Program-made: the position numbers and the translations under genes | Notes under the pieces: model-generated | The model's database searches: none | What the model was told of the DNA's origin: nothing | Seen by the model: only the letters and a program-made list of their open reading frames with translations | Shown: piece after piece, positions 1-9,684 of the stretch | Layout: the number at the start of each line of letters is the position of its first letter | Numbering within the stretch: position 1 is the stretch's first letter | Source of the DNA: a virus | Taxonomy: Duplodnaviria; Caudoviricetes | DNA length: 42,194 nt | Reading direction: 5' to 3' (one strand) | IMG/VR virus record: IMGVR_UViG_3300020045_002219 | Location: 1-42,194 of that record

Positions 1-1827
1 AGCCCTCTTACATCCGCTCGTAATTCTACAAAATTAGACCCTGCACTCAAAAGACAAAGAGAAATAAATAAAGCACACACACAAGCTATTATTGAAGATA
101 GAAAACGTGCAGCAAATGCACTAGCAAAGATTCAAAATGAAGAATTAAAAAACAATAAAAAAGCAGCTAATGATCAAAATACTTTGAATAAAAGAAATAA
201 AAACTTTGATGAAAGAGCAAGAGCTACACAAGGTTGGTTTGGTGATACATTTGGGCGTGGCGGACAAAGAAAAGCAACAGCTCTGTATAATCAACTCCGA
301 GATAAACAAATCAATCCCTCTGAATACAGCATGAAACTTAGGACACTAAGAGGAGATCTATACCGTGCTCAACGTGCTCAGAGAAGTTTTAACCAATCTA
401 TTCACGATATGCGTGGAGCTTTTGTTCAGGCCACTGCAAGTTATACAGCTTTTGCTGGTGTTATGGGTATTGCTAACACAGGTAAAGCTTTCCAAGGATA
501 TCAATCATCTATGGAGATGGCTTTTGGTGGTGAACAAGGTGCCGCTCCATTTGTGGAATATCTAAGAAAAGAAATTAGACGTTTAGGTCTCGATGTACAG
601 CAGACAACAGACGATTTTTCGAAATTTGCAATAGCTGCCAAAGGGAAGGTTTCAGACTCAGATTTAAAGAATATTTTTACTGGTTACCAACAATATGCAA
701 CGGCAGCAGGGACAAGTAAAGAAAGAACATCTCTTGGTATGAACGCAATCAAACAGATGTTTGATAAAGATTTTGTTTATTCAGAGGAGTTCCGCCAGCA
801 ACTTTCCGAAAACGTAAGTGGAGCGGGCAAAGCTTTTGTTCAAGCTGCAAGTGAAATGTTAGGACGAGAAATATCTACCGCTGAATTAACTGATTTAATG
901 AAGGCTAAGAAATTACCTACTGAAAAATTGTTACCTATTGTGGCTAAATATTGGAAAATCATGAGTGATGATTCTCTTAATAAGAAACTACAACAATTAG
1001 CTGCGGTCGAAGCAAGAATGGTAGAATCTTGGACACGTTTTGTTGGTATGCTTTATGATTCAGGTGTTGAATCCTCTTTATCCAATTTATACAAAGGTCT
1101 TGATAGAATCTTTTATTCAATCAAAAATCTTGCAGGGAATGCACTAGGTAAATACCTTAAGGGTATCTTAGACATGCTGTCTGAAACCGCACTCTTTGTT
1201 TTAGATACTTTTCAATTGGTTTTATATTATATTGATAAAGCATTCGGAAACGATTCAAATTTGAAAGGAATTTCCGCTGAAATGCTAGGTATGGCAACTG
1301 GTGCAGGTCTAGTATATATCACATTAAGTAAATTGTTAGGTTTATTTAAAGGTCTTAACATTTTAGCTAAGATTTTTAAATCATTACTTATAGAGACTGC
1401 CGCTGTAGATGTTGCAGGTGGTTTGGCTAAACAATCATCTTCTATGAAGGGTGTTGGGTCTTTATTAGGTAAAGCACTAGGTGTTGCTATGGTAGCTGCC
1501 GCTGCCTATGAATTTGGCGGATGGCTCAGAGATAATGTTAGCTGGATAAAAACTATTGGTGATTATTTAGGAACTAGAGCTGGACAGCTGACATCACCTA
1601 ATCAGCAAGACGCTGCAACTGGAAGAGGTGCATTTGCTGCAATGAACGGTGCAGGTTTTAACGCAGCTTGGGCAAGCTCAATGCCTATGTTTATGCAAAA
1701 CCAACAACCACAGACTGCCAAAGTAGAACTAACATTAAACGGGGAATTATCTAAAATGGTGGATGTTAAGATCAAAGAAAATAACACACAAACCATTCAA
1801 TCTATACTACCCATGGCTAAGAATTAA
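1..1827 (+). CDS. Tape measure protein (5' partial; frame open from base 1)
   Basis: Helical Ala-rich protein with tape-measure-like segment (AIKQMFDKDFVYSEEFRQQLSENV) and hydrophobic C-terminal helices; immediately upstream of baseplate genes. Confidence 0.9.
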   Translation, partial: SPLTSARNSTKLDPALKRQREINKAHTQAIIEDRKRAANALAKIQNEELKNNKKAANDQNTLNKRNKNFDERARATQGWFGDTFGRGGQRKATALYNQLRDKQINPSEYSMKLRTLRGDLYRAQRAQRSFNQSIHDMRGAFVQATASYTAFAGVMGIANTGKAFQGYQSSMEMAFGGEQGAAPFVEYLRKEIRRLGLDVQQTTDDFSKFAIAAKGKVSDSDLKNIFTGYQQYATAAGTSKERTSLGMNAIKQMFDKDFVYSEEFRQQLSENVSGAGKAFVQAASEMLGREISTAELTDLMKAKKLPTEKLLPIVAKYWKIMSDDSLNKKLQQLAAVEARMVESWTRFVGMLYDSGVESSLSNLYKGLDRIFYSIKNLAGNALGKYLKGILDMLSETALFVLDTFQLVLYYIDKAFGNDSNLKGISAEMLGMATGAGLVYITLSKLLGLFKGLNILAKIFKSLLIETAAVDVAGGLAKQSSSMKGVGSLLGKALGVAMVAAAAYEFGGWLRDNVSWIKTIGDYLGTRAGQLTSPNQQDAATGRGAFAAMNGAGFNAAWASSMPMFMQNQQPQTAKVELTLNGELSKMVDVKIKENNTQTIQSILPMAKN

Positions 1828-1841
1828 ACAGGAGAGATGTA

Positions 1842-2540
1842 TTGGCAACTAAGATTGAAACTTATACGTTTCTTGTTTCTGGGGTGTTTTCTGAAAATGC
1901 TCCAAGGTTGATTAGAGCATTAGATACAAATTATCCCGTTATTCAAATGGACGTTATTGATAATTACTCTATCTCAATGCCTAATCGAATTTCTAACTAT
2001 GCTATTGAAAGTCGGTCTAATATTTCAGATCATATTTTTAGTGAGAATACTAAACTACAATTCACAGCAAGGATAGGTCATGCTTATCCTTTATATTCTT
2101 TAGAACTTAATTCCTTAATAAAATCTGATAAAAACAATTCAATCAAAGCTAATAAACCCCAACAAGCTTATGAATTAATTAAAAAACTTCGTGACGATAA
2201 ATTAGCTTTTGACGTTCTAACAGAACAAGAGCTGTTTGAGAGTATGGTTATCACTGATTTATCTGTAGCAAGAGAAGCAGGAGATGACCAACTTGTTTTC
2301 AATATCTCTTTAGAGAAGTTTAGAAAAGTAAACATTGGTAAGACTGTTTTAGCTTCTGTGAACACGGGAACAGATAAAGGCAAAGAACTTAGTAAGAAAA
2401 CTGCCAATAAAACCTCTGAAGGAGGTAAGACATCCGGTGATACTACAAAAGCTGATAATAAACTCAAAACGGGTAGTAAATTAGGTAATTGGGTATATGA
2501 CAAATTGGGCATACCTCACTCCACCTCACAACCAGAGTAA
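1842..2540 (+). CDS. Baseplate/tail tube initiator (Dit-like) protein
   Basis: Position after tape measure; ISNYAIESRSNISDHI and MVITDLSV-type motifs; TTG start with GGAG RBS. Confidence 0.65.
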   Translation: MATKIETYTFLVSGVFSENAPRLIRALDTNYPVIQMDVIDNYSISMPNRISNYAIESRSNISDHIFSENTKLQFTARIGHAYPLYSLELNSLIKSDKNNSIKANKPQQAYELIKKLRDDKLAFDVLTEQELFESMVITDLSVAREAGDDQLVFNISLEKFRKVNIGKTVLASVNTGTDKGKELSKKTANKTSEGGKTSGDTTKADNKLKTGSKLGNWVYDKLGIPHSTSQPE

Positions 2541-2546
2541 TAACAT

Positions 2547-2882
2547 ATGGCTGAATTAAAATATATCCTCCCTAACCTAGACGAAACTAAGCCCTACCAA
2601 ACGTTTAGATGTGTTTTAGATGACACTACTTATGAGACAACTTGGCAATGGAATACTCGTGGAGAGTTTTGGACTTGTGCTATAGGCGCAGTTGGTGATA
2701 CACCTGTAATAAAATATAAGATAACAGCTAACAGTGATCCAATGGCTGTGTATGGTTATAATGAAGATTTACCACAAGGTGTTCTTATTGTTACCAGTTT
2801 ATTGAATGCAAGAAACCGTGTATCTATAGATTCAATAGGACAAGATAAGGTTCATTGGTTACTATACTCATCTGATAATTAA
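2547..2882 (+). CDS. Small baseplate (plug-like) protein
   Basis: 111 aa, YQTF..VLD..TY....WN.R..FW pattern; synteny between Dit-like and hub genes. Confidence 0.6.
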   Translation: MAELKYILPNLDETKPYQTFRCVLDDTTYETTWQWNTRGEFWTCAIGAVGDTPVIKYKITANSDPMAVYGYNEDLPQGVLIVTSLLNARNRVSIDSIGQDKVHWLLYSSDN

Positions 2883-2905
2883 CAGCAACAAGTAATTGAA
2901 GTTTA

Positions 2906-2934
2906 TTGATTAATTAGTGATTTTATGATAAAAT
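2906..2934 (+). promoter_or_regulatory. sigma70-type promoter with extended -10
   Basis: TTGATT-17-TAAAAT; shares TGATTTTATGATAA with the promoter at 5264. Confidence 0.6.
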
Positions 2935-2992
2935 AGTTAAATGATTCATATAATTATAAACCACAATAACCCAAACTTTATAGGAGTCTGAT

Positions 2993-3961
2993 GTGGCTTT
3001 TGGTAGAAAATACCGATTAGTGGTTGGACTCCCCTTAAGTCTGGGGTCTGACTACAACAAAAAACTAAATGATACAAAAAGCAATGCTTATGTTTTAACA
3101 GAACATCATATTGAATTTGAGATTAACAAAGACAACTCAGCCAATAGTAATAAAGGTTATATTACTATTACAAATGCTTCTGATGATTTTGTCAACTATC
3201 TTAATCAAAATGCTAATCAACACTTAGCTTGCTTGTTAGAAGCTGGTTATGAAGACCAAGGTATGACAACATTATTTATGGGCGGTGTTAGCCATTTTGA
3301 AGATGAATGGGATGGTTCACTTATTATTCGTAGAACTAAGTTGACTCTAGGTGATGGTGAACTTGCTTTAGCAACTGCAACAACAGCACGTTCTTATAGA
3401 ACAGGAACAAAGTTAAATACAATCCTAAACGATCTTGTTGATGATTTATCTTTACCAAGAGGTCGTATTATTCCTTATGAAGACTCTGAAACACTAAAGT
3501 TCTCTAAATCCTTCTCAGGTCGTGCTGGTGATAATCTACGAATGTTAGCCCAAGCTACAGGAAGGAACTTTACAGTTCAAGACAATGCTGCTTATTTCAC
3601 AAAGAGTGGCTATGGACTCAAACAACAAGTTATCGAACTTAGTGCCGATACAGGATTGATTGGTATTCCAACACCTCGTGTTATGTCTGCTAAACAACAG
3701 TTTGAAATCCAGAAAAAGATTGATAAAACAAAAAAAGAAGAACTCAAAGCTAAATATGCTAGAAAAGAAGATATTGGTTTAACAGTAGAGAGTCTTTTGA
3801 ATGGTGCTCTTGTTCCTGAATTAACCGTCTATCTTAAATCTAAGTATGTGACAGGATTTTACAAGATTGTTGAGCTTTCCCATACAGGCAGTTATGAATC
3901 AGATGGTGCAGATTGGAAGACAGAAATGAAATTAGCAGAAGTTGCAGGAACATTAATTTAA
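2993..3961 (+). CDS. Baseplate hub protein (gp27-like)
   Basis: FGRKYRLVVG, LEAGY, LGDGE, TGLIGIP motifs typical of myophage hub proteins; GTG start. Confidence 0.8.
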   Translation: MAFGRKYRLVVGLPLSLGSDYNKKLNDTKSNAYVLTEHHIEFEINKDNSANSNKGYITITNASDDFVNYLNQNANQHLACLLEAGYEDQGMTTLFMGGVSHFEDEWDGSLIIRRTKLTLGDGELALATATTARSYRTGTKLNTILNDLVDDLSLPRGRIIPYEDSETLKFSKSFSGRAGDNLRMLAQATGRNFTVQDNAAYFTKSGYGLKQQVIELSADTGLIGIPTPRVMSAKQQFEIQKKIDKTKKEELKAKYARKEDIGLTVESLLNGALVPELTVYLKSKYVTGFYKIVELSHTGSYESDGADWKTEMKLAEVAGTLI

Positions 3962-3989
3962 GTAGCTAACTAAATATAGGAGAATTATA

Positions 3990-4709
3990 TTGGCGAATGT
4001 TAATACATTTGAAGAAGCACTAAGATTATATGTTGATAATTATATGAGAGGGGTTTATTCCCTCTTACCTGCTACAGTTATTGCAGTTGATTATTCTGTT
4101 CCTAGTGTTGACGTTAGACCAAGCATTTATAATAAGAATTCAAATGGTGATGTTGTTAGAATTGCAGATGTTTTAGATGTCCCTTTGTTTGTTTTAAGTG
4201 CGGATGGTGGAAATAAACGAATTACATTGCCTGTTAAAGTTGGTGATAGAGTTTCTGTTCTATTTTCAGATTCTGACACAACCAATGTTATGACAAACAA
4301 AACAGATGATGCAATTATTACATTTAGCGATCCTAATCAGATGTTCCCTTTGTGTGCATTAGCAGGATTCTTTACTCCAGCTTCACCAAAAGCTATTGAT
4401 GCAGAGAACATTGTCCTTGAACATGGTTCAACTAAAATGACCTTGAAATCAGACAAGGTTGTTATTGATGCAGATGTTGAAATTAATGGAAATGTCACGC
4501 ATAATGGAAATCAGACAACTTCTGGAACTATGCAAGTCTCACAACAAATCACAGGACAAGGCGGGATGGCTATCAGTGGTGGTTCAGGAGCTTCTGTAAC
4601 AGGTTCTATTAATGTTACTGGTGGTGATGTTAAAGCAGATGGTATTGGTCTTAAATCTCATACTCATGCAGATCCTCAAGGTGGGACAGTTGGAACTGCT
4701 GTAGGTTAA
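3990..4709 (+). CDS. Baseplate central spike (gpV/Gp138-like)
   Basis: N-terminal OB-like region (LPVKVGD), Gly-rich beta repeats, C-terminal HxH metal-binding tip (KSHTH). Confidence 0.88.
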   Translation: MANVNTFEEALRLYVDNYMRGVYSLLPATVIAVDYSVPSVDVRPSIYNKNSNGDVVRIADVLDVPLFVLSADGGNKRITLPVKVGDRVSVLFSDSDTTNVMTNKTDDAIITFSDPNQMFPLCALAGFFTPASPKAIDAENIVLEHGSTKMTLKSDKVVIDADVEINGNVTHNGNQTTSGTMQVSQQITGQGGMAISGGSGASVTGSINVTGGDVKADGIGLKSHTHADPQGGTVGTAVG

Positions 4710-4726
4710 CCAATAGGAGTTATTAA

Positions 4727-5263
4727 TTGGCAACAACAAGCTCTACAATTACAACGGATTATGTTGACTTGTTACTATCAGCAGATGGAGATTTAATTCT
4801 TACAGATGGTGATTTAACATTAGCAACAGACAACAGTCATAGTTTGATCCAACGTCTAAGAATGCGATTGAATATTTGGCAAACTGAATGGATTTATAAC
4901 CAATCATTTGGGATGCCTTATTTACAATACATAGGTAAAGGTATTAATCAATCCGCACTTGATGCTGAATTTAAACGACAGATTTTAAAAGAATCCGATG
5001 TTGAAACAATTATTTCTTTTACATCCACAGTAGACAGAAACACACGTTCTTATGTTTGTGCATTTGAAGTTCAAACTTCTGAAGGAACAACAGAAGCATT
5101 GGCTTATTATCTGAATGATAGTTATGAATATACAGTCCCTGCTTATAATATCGGAACATGTCAAATTGTGGACGATACAATTATCTTTGCTAACAAACTA
5201 TATAAGTTAATTAACTTTGATATGAAAGTAGGTGCAAGCTCTGATTGGGTTCCTGATAACTAA
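4727..5263 (+). CDS. Baseplate wedge / sheath initiator (gp25-like)
   Basis: QRLRMRLNIWQTEW....FGMPY motif; lies between spike and baseplate J. Confidence 0.75.
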   Translation: MATTSSTITTDYVDLLLSADGDLILTDGDLTLATDNSHSLIQRLRMRLNIWQTEWIYNQSFGMPYLQYIGKGINQSALDAEFKRQILKESDVETIISFTSTVDRNTRSYVCAFEVQTSEGTTEALAYYLNDSYEYTVPAYNIGTCQIVDDTIIFANKLYKLINFDMKVGASSDWVPDN

Positions 5264-5292
5264 TTGACTTTTTAATGATTTTATGATAAGAT
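5264..5292 (+). promoter_or_regulatory. sigma70-type promoter with extended -10
   Basis: TTGACT-17-TAAGAT. Confidence 0.6.
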
Positions 5293-5294
5293 AT

Positions 5295-5332
5295 AAGGAG
5301 TAGCAATTTATATTGTTGCTCCTTTTCTTTTT
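5295..5332 (+). terminator. Intrinsic terminator-like hairpin
   Basis: AAGGAGTAGCAAT-ttat-ATTGTTGCTCCTT (13-bp stem, two G-U pairs) followed by a T tract. Confidence 0.6.
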
Positions 5333-5372
5333 GAAAATTAAGAATATTTATAACATTAATAACGGAGCTTCA

Positions 5373-6890
5373 ATGGCTTTTGAATTAAATTCTTATGGGT
5401 TTGATAGACAAACCTTAGCTGAGATCATAACAGAAATCAAGGACACTTTTACAGAAACATTTGTTGGTCAAAATATTAACGTAGAAGAAAATAGTGTCTT
5501 TGATAAAATTATTACAATCTTTGCAGATCGTGAATCTGCCATCCAAGAGCTTGCAGAAGATGTTTATTATTCACAAACATATACAGGTGCAGAGGCTAAA
5601 TATTTAGATGATATTCTATCTAAACGTGGTATTTTTCGTAATGGTAAAACAGCCTCTACGGGTTCTTGTCAGTTGACCCTCAATACTCTTGCAAATTATA
5701 CAGACACGTTTTCTATTGGTGATTTAACAGTTTTAAATGGAACTTATCAAAATAGTGCAGAGTTTAAAGTAGCTGGCTCTATTTGTGCTCAAAAGATTAT
5801 TAATACAAATCTTGTAAACGGCACAACCTATACACTAACTATTCTAAATCCTAACACATCTGCAACAGTTTCAACAACTTATACACTAACATCTAATTTA
5901 GTTGGTGGTTCCAGTTTAAACACATTCTACCAAACAATCAAAGATTTTATTGTAGATAATACAATTGCAGTTAATGAAGATTTGATTCAAATTGATACCG
6001 ACAATGGAATTTTGTATATTGGTTATGACACAGATTTAAATCTTGTTGGTTTAAATTCTTTAGTTGATTTCAAAACCTCTCCGGTTGTTGGAGAAAGAAC
6101 TGTTCAATTTGATGTTGTTGCACTAGAAACAGGTTACTTGACGACATTAGCTGGCGCTGTTACCTCTGTCTCTCCTGAACCAACAGGGTATGTTTCTATA
6201 ACAAATATATCGGATTTTGTAGCAGGAACAGATGTTGAGTCAGATGCTGAATATCGAGCACGAGCAAGCGCTACATCCACAAGTGGTTCTGTTGCTACAC
6301 GTAGTGCAATCTTATCTGCACTATTAGATGAAGTTGATGGTGTCCAAGCTGTTAAGTTATTTCCTAACCCAACAAATAACACAACTACAGAAGGAGTACC
6401 CCCATACAGTTTAATGGTTGTTGTTTACGGTGGTACAACTACAGCAATAAGCGAAAAGTTATATACTGTATTAGGTGCAGATTCTAATACCTATGGTACA
6501 ACATCTTATACTATAAATACAGAAGATAATTCTACACAGACAATCTATCACACAAAAGCAACAGAACGTAGATTATCGTTGAGAGTTAGGTATATTACAA
6601 CTTCAGGAAGTACATTATCTGATTCAGAGAAAACTAATATTACAAATAGTATATTAGAAGTAGCAGATACTTTTAATATTAATACACCTTTATATAATAT
6701 TCAATTGGTTTCCGCTGTTGCTTCTGCTGTAAGCCTCACTAAATTTACAACACTCATTGTTGAAACAAAAAACGAAGATGAGGATGATGATGCATATACA
6801 GTCTCAAACATGACCCCTGACACTACTGAAATATATGCGCTTCCCGAAGATAACATATCTTTTTCTCTTATTTCATCAACAGGTGACTAA
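5373..6890 (+). CDS. Baseplate J-like wedge protein (start moved to ATG 5373)
   Basis: AEAKYLD, GTDVESDAEYRAR, GVPPYSLMVVVYGG motifs; GGAG RBS before ATG 5373. Confidence 0.9.
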   Translation: MAFELNSYGFDRQTLAEIITEIKDTFTETFVGQNINVEENSVFDKIITIFADRESAIQELAEDVYYSQTYTGAEAKYLDDILSKRGIFRNGKTASTGSCQLTLNTLANYTDTFSIGDLTVLNGTYQNSAEFKVAGSICAQKIINTNLVNGTTYTLTILNPNTSATVSTTYTLTSNLVGGSSLNTFYQTIKDFIVDNTIAVNEDLIQIDTDNGILYIGYDTDLNLVGLNSLVDFKTSPVVGERTVQFDVVALETGYLTTLAGAVTSVSPEPTGYVSITNISDFVAGTDVESDAEYRARASATSTSGSVATRSAILSALLDEVDGVQAVKLFPNPTNNTTTEGVPPYSLMVVVYGGTTTAISEKLYTVLGADSNTYGTTSYTINTEDNSTQTIYHTKATERRLSLRVRYITTSGSTLSDSEKTNITNSILEVADTFNINTPLYNIQLVSAVASAVSLTKFTTLIVETKNEDEDDDAYTVSNMTPDTTEIYALPEDNISFSLISSTGD

Positions 6891-6892
6891 AT

Positions 6893-7513
6893 ATGGATTC
6901 TAATTTCATAAAATCTATGGATAGTTTTGTAGATGAAGTTATTGGATACTTACCAGACTACCTAAGAAAAGATAATCTGACTGCCTTTTTAACAATATTT
7001 TTAAACAGGTTGGAAGCTTTAGATGATGCCTTTATACAACTGGCAGAGTATAGGTTATTACTTAATGCCGAAGGTGTTGTATTGGATGATATCGGAAAAC
7101 AAAGTAATATTTTAAGAAATGGAAAAAGTGATGATGATTACAGGACTTTGATTTTAATAAAACAAGCTTCTGCAAACAAAGGTGGGACTCGTCCTCAAGT
7201 ATCTGAGATTTTAACTGCCCTATTTTCTGATAACGTGTGGGAACTATATAAAGGTACTAATCATCGGGTAGATGTATATGCCTACTCTCCTTGTTTTGAT
7301 ATTTCAACTCTTGCGTCAGATGTAGTTGAAGTTTTCCCCCTGTCATGTCATTTACGTATCATAGAAACAATCCCTGCTGCGCAAGGGTTTGGTTTTGCCG
7401 GAGATGAGAATGCTCTCGGCTTTGGAAGTTCCAATGATAGAACTTCCTCCGATGCAGGGGCATTGTTAAAAATTGTATATACTTCCGATTATGAAATACA
7501 TGGTACAACTTAA
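6893..7513 (+). CDS. Baseplate wedge protein (gpI-like)
   Basis: AEGVVLDDIGK and SDDDYRTLI motifs; follows baseplate J. Confidence 0.75.
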   Translation: MDSNFIKSMDSFVDEVIGYLPDYLRKDNLTAFLTIFLNRLEALDDAFIQLAEYRLLLNAEGVVLDDIGKQSNILRNGKSDDDYRTLILIKQASANKGGTRPQVSEILTALFSDNVWELYKGTNHRVDVYAYSPCFDISTLASDVVEVFPLSCHLRIIETIPAAQGFGFAGDENALGFGSSNDRTSSDAGALLKIVYTSDYEIHGTT

Positions 7514-7528
7514 AGAAGGAATTTAACT

Positions 7529-8302
7529 TTGGCTACAGAACCTACAAATCCTCTTATTATTTGGGCGAGTGATGATGTCACTTTACCTAACCTTGCCGGA
7601 TCAAATAAAGTAAAACCTATTGACGATTTAATATCTAAGGGTTGGGACTTTTCACAAAAACCAGCAGCAGACGAGTTTAATTACTTATTAAATAACTATG
7701 GTCAATGGATTGATTACCTTACTAATTATGTAGATGAGATTGTTATTTCAGGAGCAACCGGTGATGCCGCCACCGCAGGAGCTATAAATTATTTTGCAAG
7801 GAACTCCGCACCAGTTGGATATTTAAAAGCTAATGGTGCAGCAGTAAGTATTACAACGTATTCAAATCTGGCTACAGCCATATATGTAGGAGATACATTA
7901 AACGCTACAGCTCTTTTCGGCTACAAATGCACAGATAGTGCGAATCCTAATACAACCAGATCAACTTCTGGGACATTTATAGTGCTTCCTGATTTACGTG
8001 GCGAGTTTATTCGTGGTTGGGATGACTCTCGTGGGGTTGACTCTGGGCGCGGTTTTGGAACAGAGCAGTCTCAGGATATCCAATCCCACAGACATGATTT
8101 AAAATCTCCTTCTGGGGATCAATATTATGTGATTAATGATCTCAATACAACACCGCCATCTATAGATGTTAGTGCAGGTGCTTTCTTAGCTCAGGGTCCG
8201 GATGCTTCAGATGATGCAAGGTGGTATCCTTATACAGGTTATGAAGGTAGTACAGAAACCAGACCAAGAAACATTTCATTGCTTGCTTGTATTAAGTATT
8301 AA
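7529..8302 (+). CDS. Short tail fibre with tail-collar domain
   Basis: GYLKANGAAVS...LPDLRGEFIRGWDDSRGVDSGR...SHRH...ETRPRNISLLACIKY. Confidence 0.9.
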   Translation: MATEPTNPLIIWASDDVTLPNLAGSNKVKPIDDLISKGWDFSQKPAADEFNYLLNNYGQWIDYLTNYVDEIVISGATGDAATAGAINYFARNSAPVGYLKANGAAVSITTYSNLATAIYVGDTLNATALFGYKCTDSANPNTTRSTSGTFIVLPDLRGEFIRGWDDSRGVDSGRGFGTEQSQDIQSHRHDLKSPSGDQYYVINDLNTTPPSIDVSAGAFLAQGPDASDDARWYPYTGYEGSTETRPRNISLLACIKY

Positions 8303-8313
8303 TGTAGGTAATT

Positions 8314-8889
8314 ATGTTGATTTATAACTATAACGGAAATACTGGAGAGTTATTAAGTCAGGAAGAAGCTGACCAATCTCCACTAGAAGATGGAATATTT
8401 TTATTACCAGCAAATGCTACTTTTATTAAACCGGAAGGCAGTCTTGGTGAATTTCAGGCATTCTGTTTTAATTCAGCTTTAAATGCTTGGGGTATTGTTC
8501 CTGATTATCGTGGAGTTACTTTATACTCAAAAAACGATAAATCTTTGGTGTTTGCCGCTCTTGGAGAGTCTCTTGATGAAATAAATGCTACCACGATACA
8601 TCCCACAAGCGAATATGATGTGTGGGATACTACATCAGGGACTTGGGTTTATAGTAAAGATTTAGAAGTTTTATTGAAGAAAGATTTGGTTGATAAAAAC
8701 GTTGAGAGTTTACTACTAGATGCAAATGTAAAGATTTCTATTCTTTCAGATGCAGACGAGTTAGGTATTATAACACAACTTGAGAAAAGTAAATTAATAG
8801 AATGGAAAACTTATCGAATTCTACTAAGTCGTATTTCAGAACAGGAAAACTACCCTTTAATCGTAGAATATCCAATTAAACCGGAGTAA
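8314..8889 (+). CDS. Tail fibre assembly chaperone (Tfa-like)
   Basis: LPANAT..P, W..VPDYRG, WKTYRILLSRI...YPIKPE motifs; directly after fibre gene. Confidence 0.88.
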   Translation: MLIYNYNGNTGELLSQEEADQSPLEDGIFLLPANATFIKPEGSLGEFQAFCFNSALNAWGIVPDYRGVTLYSKNDKSLVFAALGESLDEINATTIHPTSEYDVWDTTSGTWVYSKDLEVLLKKDLVDKNVESLLLDANVKISILSDADELGIITQLEKSKLIEWKTYRILLSRISEQENYPLIVEYPIKPE

Positions 8890-8891
8890 GG

Positions 8892-9251
8892 ATGGAAATA
8901 AACCTCTTATTTATAATCAAGTGTTTATTTGGCGGTTTGTTTATCTTTTGTTTGGGTTGGTTAAATGAGAATAGGAAGTCTTTAAAATCAAGGCTTTCTA
9001 ATCTTGAAGACCGTGTTTCTACAAACGAGAAAAGACTTAACACTTTAAAGAACAAAGTTGAGAGTATTGAAACCACAGTGCCTACAGTCATAGATGATAA
9101 ACTCAGACCTATTCGTGAAACATTAGATTTAATGACGACTGTTACAACAAACATTAGCCTTGATATTAGAACACTACTAAAGAAAGTGGAAGATAATCAA
9201 AAAGAAGCCAAACAAGATAAAGATTGTGTATGTGAAGAAGATAAGATTTGA
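8892..9251 (+). CDS. Single-TM coiled-coil protein, possible holin/lysis-associated
   Basis: N-terminal hydrophobic helix then coiled coil; position after fibres. Confidence 0.4.
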   Translation: MEINLLFIIKCLFGGLFIFCLGWLNENRKSLKSRLSNLEDRVSTNEKRLNTLKNKVESIETTVPTVIDDKLRPIRETLDLMTTVTTNISLDIRTLLKKVEDNQKEAKQDKDCVCEEDKI

Positions 9252-9682
9252 TTGAATTTCCAATTTTGTGTTATCTCTTATTATGCTTATTTAACATAGT
9301 ATATGATGAAAAGAATAGATTGTTGTGGTGTTTATTTGGAATTTATTTAATCTTACCAACCCCACAGTTTTTCTTACAAGATGCTCAGTTATTTATTGTT
9401 TATAATTATATACCACAAATCTTACTTTTTCTTTTGACAACTTGGTTTATAAAAGATATCAAATATAGAATCATCCTATGTTTTATTATAATTTTGAATC
9501 TTGTTAATCTTTTTGTGTTTCTTTACCCATCTATCTTCCATTATTTGACCTCATTATATCTTTTTACGACAAACAGAATTTATTTTGAAACGTTCCTTTG
9601 TTTAGTTAATTATAAAACAAATAAAAAGATCTTACAACTATTATCTATATTTATTATAAGTATTTCTTATATAGGAGTTTAA
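9248..9682 (+). CDS. Multi-pass membrane protein of unknown function
   Basis: Almost entirely hydrophobic; very AT-rich DNA. Confidence 0.55.
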   Translation: MIEFPILCYLLLCLFNIVYDEKNRLLWCLFGIYLILPTPQFFLQDAQLFIVYNYIPQILLFLLTTWFIKDIKYRIILCFIIILNLVNLFVFLYPSIFHYLTSLYLFTTNRIYFETFLCLVNYKTNKKILQLLSIFIISISYIGV

Positions 9683-9684
9683 TT

